From NCBI GenBank assembly GCA_016185345.1, contig JACPNS010000011.1, forward strand, positions 124 to 64,123: DNA of 64,000 nucleotides, read 5' to 3'. Positions 1 to 7,363 of the stretch are shown in pieces; position 1 is the first letter of the stretch, and every line of letters begins with the position of its first letter. Origin of the DNA: Solirubrobacterales bacterium (lineage in GTDB: Bacteria > Actinomycetota > Thermoleophilia > Solirubrobacterales > JACPNS01). Both the position numbers and the translations under genes were made by a program. The notes under the pieces were generated by a model. It did no database searches, was not told the DNA's origin, and saw only the letters and a list, made by a program, of their open reading frames with translations.

Positions 1-155
1 CCCGTCAGAGACGAGATCATCTCGGGCGGAAGGTTGTCCACGCAGAAGTAGCCGGCGTCTTCAAAGGTCGCCATAGCTTCGGACTTGCCTGCGCCAGACA
101 TCCCGGTGATGATCACCAGATCGCGAAGGTTGCCGGCGGGCGAGTTCTCACTCAT
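1..155 (-). CDS. rapZ: RapZ/YvcJ-type P-loop nucleotide-binding protein, N-terminal fragment (gene runs off the window start)
   Basis: My minus-strand translation from ATG 155..153 gives [46 protein letters not shown], with Walker A GMSGAGKS. It lies directly downstream of uvrC, the usual uvrC-rapZ order. It is open-ended, so it is absent from the ORF track. Confidence 0.8.
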   Translation of the reverse strand, partial: MSENSPAGNLRDLVIITGMSGAGKSEAMATFEDAGYFCVDNLPPEMISSLT

Positions 156-179
156 TCAACGGCCACTCTAACGACCGGG

Positions 180-2102
180 TCAGCGCGTCTTGTTGAGCTG
201 ATGGAAGATCTGCCTGCCGACCTTCTGCGGCAGTCCGGGAACGGACTCCAGCTCGTCGCGCGTTGCCGCCACCACGCCGTCCGGCGAACCGAAGTGTTCG
301 AGCAGCAGCTTCTTGCGCGCCGGGCCGATCCCGGCGAGGTCGTCAAAGACCGACGCAGTCATCGCCTTGTCGCGTCGTTCGCGGTGGAAAGTGATCGCAA
401 AGCGGTGGGCCTCGTCGCGGATCCGCTGCATGATCTTGAGGCCGGGGTCGTCCTTGTCAAGGATCACCGGGTGCTTCTTTCCGGGCACGAAGATCTCTTC
501 CTCGCGCTTCGCGAGCGAAACCACCGGCACGCCTTCCTTGCGGAACTCCTCGAGCTCTTTGATCGCGCTCGAGAGCTGGCCCTTGCCGCCGTCGATCACG
601 ATCAGGCCGGGAAGGGACGCGAATGACTCGTCGTAGTCGTCGTCGTGCGGGGATATCTCCCTCTGCTTCAGGTACTGCGCCATGCGGCGGCGAAGGACCT
701 CGCCCATCGAGGCGAAGTCGTCCTGCTTTCCATCGAGCTCCTTGACCTTGAAGCGCCGGTAGTCGGCCTTGTGCGGGTTGCCGTCGCGGAACACGACCAT
801 CGAGGCGACGACGTTGGTCGGGCCGAGGTTCGAGATGTCAAAGCACTCGATGCGGACGGGCGGGATCTCAAGGTCCAGCGCCTGGCGCAGATTCTCGAGC
901 CCCTCGCGGCGCGACCTTCGCGCGCGTTCGGTGCGGCTCCTCTCGCGCTCGAGCGCCAGCTTGGCGTTGCGCTCGGCGAGCTCGTAGAGCTTGCGCTTCT
1001 CTCCGCGCTCGGCGGATCGAAGCTCGACGCTGGAGCCTCGCCTCGACTTGAGCAGGCCCGTGATTGCATCGACGTCCACGCTTGATTCGAATTCGCGCGC
1101 AACGATCACCTGCGGCGGCACGGCACCGCCAGATGTGTAGTACTGCGCGATGAACTCCTCGGTGACCTCGTTGTCACTGACCTCGCCAATGTTGTCGAGG
1201 TGGAAGCTCTTGCGGTCGGCGAGGATCCCGTCGCGGACTTGGAAGACCTGGGCGTTTGCCTCGCTGCCATCTGTCGCGATGGCGACGAGGTCAACCATCC
1301 CTAGTGAGGACGTGTCGAGGCGATTGCGATCGATCGAGTCCTTGACCGCAGCGATGCGGTTCCTGTACACGGCCGCCTCTTCATACTCGCGGCGCTCTGC
1401 CGCGTCCTTCATGCGCTCATCCAGCTCTGCTTGGACCTCGCGGAAGTTGCCGGCGAGAAAGCCTTCGATCCGCCCGATGTTCGCCCGGTAGTCCTCTTTT
1501 GAGATGTAATCGACGCACGGCGCCTGACAGCGCTTGATGAAGTAGTCAAGGCATGGATTGCCCGACTGGCGACCGGGCTGCGGCCCCTCGCATGTGCGGT
1601 ACTGGAAGATCTTGCCGAGCAGTTCGATCAGGTTGCGTGCGCGGCGCGCATCGCTGTAGGGCCCGAAATACTTGCGCCCGTGTTTGTGCTTTTCGCGCGT
1701 GAAGTAGACGCGTGGGTAGTCCTCGTCGAGCGAGATCGCGATGAACGGGTATGTCTTGTCGTCACGCATCAGCACGTTGAAGCGCGGGCGGTACTGGCGG
1801 ATGAACTGCTGCTCGGTGATCAACGCCTCTGAGGGGTCGCGCGTGACGACGCACTCGATCCGCTCTGTCATGGCGATCATCTCAACTGCCTTGCCTTCGG
1901 GCGTAGAGAAGTGCGAGCTGACGCGGCTTTTGATCGAAGTGGCCTTGCCGACGTAGACGACCGTGCCTTCGGCGTCGTGGAAGAGGTAGACGCCGGGCTG
2001 ATCGGGCAACTCGCGGCGCTCGTCGATCAGCTTGCCCCGAAAGGGGTTGTGGCGCTGCGGCTTCTTCTTGGGCTGCTTCTTCTGGCTGGCTGCTTCGGGC
2101 AC
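180..2102 (-). CDS. uvrC: Excinuclease ABC subunit C
   Basis: 640-aa ORF with a GIY-YIG N-terminus (PGVYLFHDAEGTVVYVGKA...), a central UvrC region and a C-terminal helix-hairpin-helix (LAGIGPARKKLLLEHFGS). Confidence 0.95.
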   Translation of the reverse strand: MPEAASQKKQPKKKPQRHNPFRGKLIDERRELPDQPGVYLFHDAEGTVVYVGKATSIKSRVSSHFSTPEGKAVEMIAMTERIECVVTRDPSEALITEQQFIRQYRPRFNVLMRDDKTYPFIAISLDEDYPRVYFTREKHKHGRKYFGPYSDARRARNLIELLGKIFQYRTCEGPQPGRQSGNPCLDYFIKRCQAPCVDYISKEDYRANIGRIEGFLAGNFREVQAELDERMKDAAERREYEEAAVYRNRIAAVKDSIDRNRLDTSSLGMVDLVAIATDGSEANAQVFQVRDGILADRKSFHLDNIGEVSDNEVTEEFIAQYYTSGGAVPPQVIVAREFESSVDVDAITGLLKSRRGSSVELRSAERGEKRKLYELAERNAKLALERERSRTERARRSRREGLENLRQALDLEIPPVRIECFDISNLGPTNVVASMVVFRDGNPHKADYRRFKVKELDGKQDDFASMGEVLRRRMAQYLKQREISPHDDDYDESFASLPGLIVIDGGKGQLSSAIKELEEFRKEGVPVVSLAKREEEIFVPGKKHPVILDKDDPGLKIMQRIRDEAHRFAITFHRERRDKAMTASVFDDLAGIGPARKKLLLEHFGSPDGVVAATRDELESVPGLPQKVGRQIFHQLNKTR

Positions 2103-2139
2103 TCATGGAGATTAAGGCTCAGCCCTCCTGGCGAAGCCG

Positions 2140-3516
2140 TCAGCGGACCAGAGCGACGGTCGCGGTGAATCCCATGCCTGCGAAAGCAGGGTCGTCCAGC
2201 GACGCTCCGGCACCCTTCATCAGGCCAATGATCTTCGCGACGTAGGCCTGAGTTTCTGAGTACGGCGGAATTCCGTCGTATTTCTGAATCGCTTCCGGGC
2301 CAGCGTTGTAGGCGGCCAGCCCCTCTGGAATCGATTCGAACTGCTTGATCAGCTGAGACATCAACTTTGCTTGCGCGAAAATCGATGCACGCGGATCGAA
2401 TGGGTCGGTCAGCCCCATCGAACGAGCGGTGCCCGGCACGAACTGCGCGATGCCTTGGGCGCCCGCAGGCGATACTGAGTTCGCATTGAAATCCGATTCC
2501 GCCTTCAGCTGAGCGGCGAGCAGCACAGGCTGGACATTGAATCGCTGGGCCGCGTCGAGGATCGTCTGGCGATACTGCGAGGGGACCCAACTCGGGAGGC
2601 CGTCCGCGCCCACGTGGCTACCGCCCTTCACCTCACGCGAGCCCGCGCCGTACTGAGCTGGCACGTCGCGCGGGTTGGCTCCGAAGCCAAAATGCCAAGG
2701 CTCCCATGCGTACCTTTTGATGAAGCCAAACCGCCTCGCGTTTGCCGCGAGCCAGCCGTATGCAGCCGGTGGCCCGAGATCGATTTCCGTTCCATACCGG
2801 TGAAGTGAAGTACCTGGCGGCGCGACCCACTTGGGATCTGGACGCGCGGAAAACAACCGCGCCTGCTCAGCATCCGAGCGAAAAGCACTGTTGATTGCCA
2901 GCGAGATGCCCGCGCCGCGAGCGGCCGCCGCAAGGCGGTCGAACGCCATCGCCACGTTGGGACGCAGCGCCTTGCCCTGGCGATATGCGAGCGGACCGCC
3001 GTAGCCGCCGCCGCTGCCATTGGCCGGCATCGCCCCGGGCATCGTCGCAAATGTGAAGCGAAGCTCGGCAGTCGCCTTCGCTCGGATATTCACGCGGCGC
3101 TGCTTTTCTGTGCCGGCAATTGGCACGTCGTGCCGCCGCGAGGTCGAGATCGTCACGGTCGTCGGTGAGAGACCGAGACCGAAGCTGACGCGCTCAACCC
3201 GTCCGATCGCCTCGTTCGCCACGGCGACGCGAACGGCCGCCTCGCGTGCGCGCAGCCGGTACGCCGCCGGAGACAGATAGCGAGGGTTCGGCGTGCCACC
3301 GGGTAAGACCGGTGGTTCCAACGTGCGGGAATAGTCCTTCGCCATTCTTCCCGCCGCCGCCGCCGCGGCGATGTCCGCCGTGCGCTGGTCCTGACCGCGC
3401 GCTGCTAGCGCTCCCCCGTACTGCGCGAACAGCGCCGCTCCGAGCAACGCGAGAATCGAGCCGGCGACCAACGGGATGGTCGCCTGTCCGTGCTGAGAGG
3501 CAACTCGGCGCGTCAC
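2140..3516 (-). CDS. TadG-like N-terminal anchor fused to an M15/VanY-type D,D-carboxypeptidase and an SLT lytic transglycosylase
   Basis: 458 aa. The N-terminus HGQATIPLVAGSILALLGAALF...RTADIAAAAAAG resembles the TadG/TadE-type anchor. The VanY motifs are SAFRSDAEQARLF, PPGTSLHRYGTEIDL and EPWHFGF. The SLT motif is AQLKAESDFNANSVSPAGAQGIAQF. A GTGA start/stop overlap joins it to the upstream ORF at 3513-3516. Confidence 0.75.
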   Translation of the reverse strand: MTRRVASQHGQATIPLVAGSILALLGAALFAQYGGALAARGQDQRTADIAAAAAAGRMAKDYSRTLEPPVLPGGTPNPRYLSPAAYRLRAREAAVRVAVANEAIGRVERVSFGLGLSPTTVTISTSRRHDVPIAGTEKQRRVNIRAKATAELRFTFATMPGAMPANGSGGGYGGPLAYRQGKALRPNVAMAFDRLAAAARGAGISLAINSAFRSDAEQARLFSARPDPKWVAPPGTSLHRYGTEIDLGPPAAYGWLAANARRFGFIKRYAWEPWHFGFGANPRDVPAQYGAGSREVKGGSHVGADGLPSWVPSQYRQTILDAAQRFNVQPVLLAAQLKAESDFNANSVSPAGAQGIAQFVPGTARSMGLTDPFDPRASIFAQAKLMSQLIKQFESIPEGLAAYNAGPEAIQKYDGIPPYSETQAYVAKIIGLMKGAGASLDDPAFAGMGFTATVALVR

Positions 3517-3986
3517 GAAGGCTGTGTGCGCGGGGAGAGGAGTTGATCGATGAGCTGATCGGCTCCTCGAGCGAGCTCACGCCTGCGCCGCCACGACGGC
3601 GCCGCGCCGGCCGCCGAAGCCATCAGCAGGATCGAGCATTTGGACTCGTCCACTTCGCCGACGCCGACGGTTTCTAACCGGGCGCCTTGGAAGCGCTCGC
3701 CGAGTTCCCGTGTGTAGAGGCCGCAGTAATTGAGGTCGCTCTGGTCGTCGACGAACAGCCACACCGACTCAAATTCCGCATCGATCGGAGCCAGACCCAC
3801 CCCGTCGAGCCGCACGTAGGACGCAGTTACCGGCGCCGCTCGCTCTACGAGCGCGGTCAGATCGGCGATCCGGCGTAGACGCCCACAAGCGTCCACCACA
3901 AGCAGCCGACTTGCTTGCGCGAGAACCGGTCGATCCAACGTACGCGGAACCCGCTCGACGAATAGTTCAGCGATGGCCTCGATCAT
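3513..3986 (-). CDS. Hypothetical protein (157 aa) in the tadE-like operon
   Basis: Internal ATG at 3986 of ORF 3513..4250 forms an ATGA overlap with the stop of the upstream gene (3983-3985). I see no transmembrane segment and no recognisable motif. The longer ORF-track version would overlap the upstream gene by about 270 nt. Confidence 0.55.
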   Translation of the reverse strand: MIEAIAELFVERVPRTLDRPVLAQASRLLVVDACGRLRRIADLTALVERAAPVTASYVRLDGVGLAPIDAEFESVWLFVDDQSDLNYCGLYTRELGERFQGARLETVGVGEVDESKCSILLMASAAGAAPSWRRRRELARGADQLIDQLLSPRTQPS

Positions 3987-4309
3987 TCTTTCGTGTACCT
4001 CGCCTCCGAAGTCACGACGAGCAATCCCGAGAGAGCCGGGAAGATCGAACGCGGCTTCAGCCGCACGCGAACGCGTTGCCCGCGAGTCGCGACCTCGATC
4101 CGCGTAGTCGACCAACCTGGCGCCGCTGACCGCGCGGCCTTCATTGGGTCGTTCCCGAGCTGACCGGCCAGCGCTCCGGCGTGCGAGGCATTGCCCGCGG
4201 CCACAAAGTTCGCGCCCGCCACGAGTCCCTGCAGGCCAAGGAGGCAGCAAAGAATCACGATCGGCGTCATCATCACGACTTCGACCTGCGATTGACCGCG
4301 CTGGCTCAT
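3983..4309 (-). CDS. TadE-like pseudopilin
   Basis: 108 aa. The N-terminus MSQRGQSQVEVVMMTPIVILCCLLGL is a short leader, G-Q, an acidic residue and then a hydrophobic helix (TadE/Flp-type class III signal). It has an ATGA overlap with the upstream ORF at 4306-4309. Confidence 0.7.
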   Translation of the reverse strand: MSQRGQSQVEVVMMTPIVILCCLLGLQGLVAGANFVAAGNASHAGALAGQLGNDPMKAARSAAPGWSTTRIEVATRGQRVRVRLKPRSIFPALSGLLVVTSEARYTKE

Positions 4310-4728
4310 GGATCCATCCGAGAGCTCGACGAAATACGCGGCCCGCCCGCCGCGCCGAGTGCGGCCCTGAACGGGGCCACCAACGGCACGCGCGCGCTCA
4401 CGGTCACAACGCCAGCCTTGGAAGCGACAATCCGCCTCGATGCCCTCGGCGAAGTCGCCAACAGCGAATCGGCCAGCTCATGCGCTCTCTTGTCCCCTGG
4501 CCTCGCTTCGCCCCGCTGATCGGCCACAAACCGCTCCCGAGCCGCCAGGCGTGCGACTTCGGCAACCTTCCACCACGTATGCCCAGCAACTACGAGCTGC
4601 CAGCCCGCGAGCATCACCAAGACGACGAGCGGCACCGTAAGCACCAGCTCAACACTGGCCTGCCCACGCGGATTCAGGATGGATCGCCACATGAGGAAGA
4701 TGCTGCCGAGCCGCGAGTAACGGTTCAA
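4306..4728 (-). CDS. TadE-like pseudopilin (start ambiguous: TTG 4728 or ATG 4692)
   Basis: ...MWRSILNPRGQASVELVLTVPLVVLVMLAGWQLV matches the TadE N-terminal pattern. ATG 4692 would give a 9-10 residue leader, as is typical for TadV substrates. Confidence 0.7.
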   Translation of the reverse strand: MNRYSRLGSIFLMWRSILNPRGQASVELVLTVPLVVLVMLAGWQLVVAGHTWWKVAEVARLAARERFVADQRGEARPGDKRAHELADSLLATSPRASRRIVASKAGVVTVSARVPLVAPFRAALGAAGGPRISSSSRMDP

Positions 4729-4732
4729 GACC
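4717..4732 (-). repeat. Copy 1 of the exact 16-nt box (sense GGTCTTGAACCGTTAC; plus strand GTAACGGTTCAAGACC)
   Basis: Identical 16-mers lie at 4717-4732, 31950-31965 and 54217-54232. Segments 4712-4740 and 54212-54240 match at 27 of 29 positions. Confidence 0.9.
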
Positions 4733-4783
4733 GAAACGCGAAGAGTTAAGAAAAAGTCAGTTACAAATCAGGAGCGGCGCAGC

Positions 4784-6247
4784 TTATGAGCGGCGCAGCG
4801 ACCCGAGCATTGGGTTCGCCGACTTGGCGCCGCGACGACGACCACCCTTGGCCGCGTACATCGCAACGTCCGCGCGGTGCACGAGCTCGTCGGGCGTGGC
4901 GTCGCTGTCGAGCTTGGCTGCCGCACCGATCGAGAGCGATACGGACATTCCCGAGGCCTCAACGCGAAGGCGCTGCACGAGGTGCTGAAGACCCTCTTCA
5001 TCTGTATCCGGACACACGACGACAAACTCGTCACCACCGAGGCGCGCGGTGAAGTCCGAACCACGCGCAGTCGCCGTGATCGCGGCCGCGACCTCACGAA
5101 GCAGACGGTCGCCGGCGACATGACCGTGCGTGTCGTTGAAAGATTTGAAGTGGTCGAGGTCCACGAAGACCATTCCCAGCGGCCGGCCGTGGCGCAGAGC
5201 GCGCTGCCACTCGATTGCCATCTGGCGGTCGAAGCCCTCGCGATTGGCCAATCCAGTCAGGTGGTCAAGCTGGGCGACACGAGCGACTGCCGTCGCGCGG
5301 CGGCGCTCGCGGAATGAGACTACGGCGAGGATCGAGGTCGCGAAGATCAAAAGCAGGAGCGCCGCGCGGAAGGCGAGCGGGATGCCGTCGACTGCGCGGG
5401 CGATCGTTGTCTGCTTGCGCGGGTTGTCGGAAGCGCTCTTGTCTTTTGAGCTGTTGGAACTCGAACCACCGCTTGAACCTGAGGACTTCTCGCTTCCGGC
5501 GGTCGCCGCCGCGACTGCCACGCCAACGCCAATGCCAGCTGCTGGCCTTGCGCTCGCCGCGATCGACGCCACGGCAGATCCTGCCGGTGAGCCGCTGTTT
5601 CCGCCAGAGCCGGAGTCCGAATCAGGGCCAACACCCTTCGTACCCGAAGATCCGTCGATCTTGCCGCGCGAACTCTGTTTCTTGCCGTTGTTGCTGGACT
5701 TTTTATCGGTGACCACGCCACCAGAGGGCGCGACTGGCTTGCTCTCTTCGGGAGTGGGCGTGCTGGGGCTCGGTGGCGGTGTGCCGTCAGAGCCAGATGG
5801 TGTTCCAGGGTCTTCGCTGTTTCCGGCGCCGCCGTCAGTGCCGGGATTTGAGGGGCTTCCGTTGCCGCCGCCAGGGCCAGGTTCATTTCCACCGCCCGAT
5901 CCACCCGGAGGCGGAGTCCCGTTGCCCGCATCTGTGCCGGGGCCTGTGCCTGAACCCGTGCCCGAGCCTGTGCCCGAATCTGTACCGGGGCTTGGCGGGG
6001 TCGTTGGCGCACCGCCGCCGTTCCCGCCATCGGAACCGGACCCGCCGCCATGCCCCTTGCTGTGACCGTTGCCGCGACTCTTACTGTGACCGACCCCCTT
6101 GCCGGTACCGCCATAACCGAACGCGTAGGCAGCGATCGCGAGCGGTCCGAGCACGAGCGCTGCACACATAAGCAGCACCGGCAAAAACTGCGAACTGCGG
6201 CGCAGGCTTGATCGTTTCGAGCGGAAGATGTTCCGGTACTCGGACAA
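4784..6247 (-). CDS. Membrane diguanylate cyclase (GGDEF) with a long low-complexity extracytoplasmic region
   Basis: C-terminal GGDEF domain (LTGLANREGFDRQ...VFVDLDHFKSFNDTHGHVAGD...RLGGDEFVVV). Two predicted transmembrane helices (about residues 21-43 and 289-312) flank a Gly/Ser/Pro/Thr/Asp-rich tract. Confidence 0.9.
   Translation of the reverse strand: MSEYRNIFRSKRSSLRRSSQFLPVLLMCAALVLGPLAIAAYAFGYGGTGKGVGHSKSRGNGHSKGHGGGSGSDGGNGGGAPTTPPSPGTDSGTGSGTGSGTGPGTDAGNGTPPPGGSGGGNEPGPGGGNGSPSNPGTDGGAGNSEDPGTPSGSDGTPPPSPSTPTPEESKPVAPSGGVVTDKKSSNNGKKQSSRGKIDGSSGTKGVGPDSDSGSGGNSGSPAGSAVASIAASARPAAGIGVGVAVAAATAGSEKSSGSSGGSSSNSSKDKSASDNPRKQTTIARAVDGIPLAFRAALLLLIFATSILAVVSFRERRRATAVARVAQLDHLTGLANREGFDRQMAIEWQRALRHGRPLGMVFVDLDHFKSFNDTHGHVAGDRLLREVAAAITATARGSDFTARLGGDEFVVVCPDTDEEGLQHLVQRLRVEASGMSVSLSIGAAAKLDSDATPDELVHRADVAMYAAKGGRRRGAKSANPMLGSLRRS
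5931..5990 (-). repeat. Five imperfect 12-nt tandem units inside the GGDEF gene, encoding PGTDSGTGSGTGSGTGPGTD
   Basis: Plus-strand units are tctgtgccgggg / cctgtgcctgaa / cccgtgcccgag / cctgtgcccgaa / tctgtaccgggg. Confidence 0.8.
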
Positions 6248-6348
6248 GGTGACGACAAAGTAACCGTGCCTCCGGTCGGAAACACAAGCAATTCCCCTGC
6301 AAGCGTCAGAAAAACGCAGGGGCGCTTGCAGCTGCGCGATTGAGCCGG

Positions 6349-6768
6349 CTAAACGACCCAGCGGCGCGACTCGCGCCAGACCCAGTAGACAGCGCCGCCG
6401 CAGGCAGCGACGATCAGAATCACAAGGACGATCCCGCCGTTCCAGAGCCCACGGAACCGTTCGATCGCAACGATCGACAGCATGGCCAGCGCAACTGCGC
6501 CGTACACAATCCCTCGGTCGCGCTCAGAAAGTTCTGAGAGCCATTCTGCCTGGGAGCGGTACAGCCGCACAGCGCCGAAGGCGATCAGCGTGAGGAAGAT
6601 CGCGTTGATCGCGTTGTTCACGAGCTCGACGAAGCTTCCGCCGCTGGGAAGCACGGTGATCAGCAACGCGACGAGCGCGATGATGCCGATGCCGATCCAT
6701 GTTCTGCGCGGGTTGTTCACAGTGAGCAGCCTACGCGCAGCGAAGGCGTCAGGCGTCGAACGTTCCAC
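6349..6768 (-). CDS. Small integral membrane protein (about 4 transmembrane helices), unknown function
   Basis: 139 aa with hydrophobic segments (WIGIGIIALVALLITVL, AINAIFLTLIAFGAV, IVYGAVALAMLSIVAI, GIVLVILIVAACGGAVYWVW). It overlaps the end of the DUF47 gene by 20 nt. Confidence 0.6.
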   Translation of the reverse strand: MERSTPDAFAARRLLTVNNPRRTWIGIGIIALVALLITVLPSGGSFVELVNNAINAIFLTLIAFGAVRLYRSQAEWLSELSERDRGIVYGAVALAMLSIVAIERFRGLWNGGIVLVILIVAACGGAVYWVWRESRRWVV

Positions 6769-7363
6769 CCTCGAGCGTGTGCGCGACGTCTTCGCAGGCG
6801 TCGATCGCTTTCTCCATGTGCTCGAAGATGTCCTTCCAACGAATCACGACCATCGGGTCTACGCCGCCCGCAAACAGTGAAGCAATCGCTTCGCGCGAGA
6901 GCCGGTCGCCCTCATTCTCGAGGCGGTGCACCTCGATGATCGCTTCCTTCATCGACCCTCCGGTGCGCAGTGTGCCGACCGCAATCCCCAGCTGGCGCGT
7001 TGAATCGAGCAGCACCTGGGCGAGCGCGACAGAAGGATCCATCGGCGCCTCGATTTTGTACAGTCCGAACGAATCAGCGACTTCCTCGATGTAGTCCACG
7101 ACGTCGTCGATCGCGCCCGCGAGCTTGTGGATCGCGCCACGCGAGAGCGGCGGACGCGAGCCGTCGCCAAGCTGGCGGATCAGCGCCTGGGTGATCCGGT
7201 CGCCCTCTTGTTCGGTCAAGAGAATCTGTCGGATCAGATCTTGCTCGTCAGGGAACTCCTCGAGCATCTGAACCAGTAACCGCGCAGCGCGCTCGGCGTT
7301 GGCAACCGCGGCCTCGAAGAGGTCGTAGAACTCGTCGGCTGGCCGACGTGAGAGTGCGCTCAC
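6749..7363 (-). CDS. DUF47 / PhoU-like phosphate-transport-regulator family protein
   Basis: 204 aa. FYDLFEAAVANAERAARLL...EQEGDRITQALIRQL...VHRLENEGDRLSREAI...KDIFEHMEKAIDACEDVA matches the YkaA/DUF47 helical-repeat pattern. Confidence 0.75.
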   Translation of the reverse strand: MSALSRRPADEFYDLFEAAVANAERAARLLVQMLEEFPDEQDLIRQILLTEQEGDRITQALIRQLGDGSRPPLSRGAIHKLAGAIDDVVDYIEEVADSFGLYKIEAPMDPSVALAQVLLDSTRQLGIAVGTLRTGGSMKEAIIEVHRLENEGDRLSREAIASLFAGGVDPMVVIRWKDIFEHMEKAIDACEDVAHTLEGGTFDA

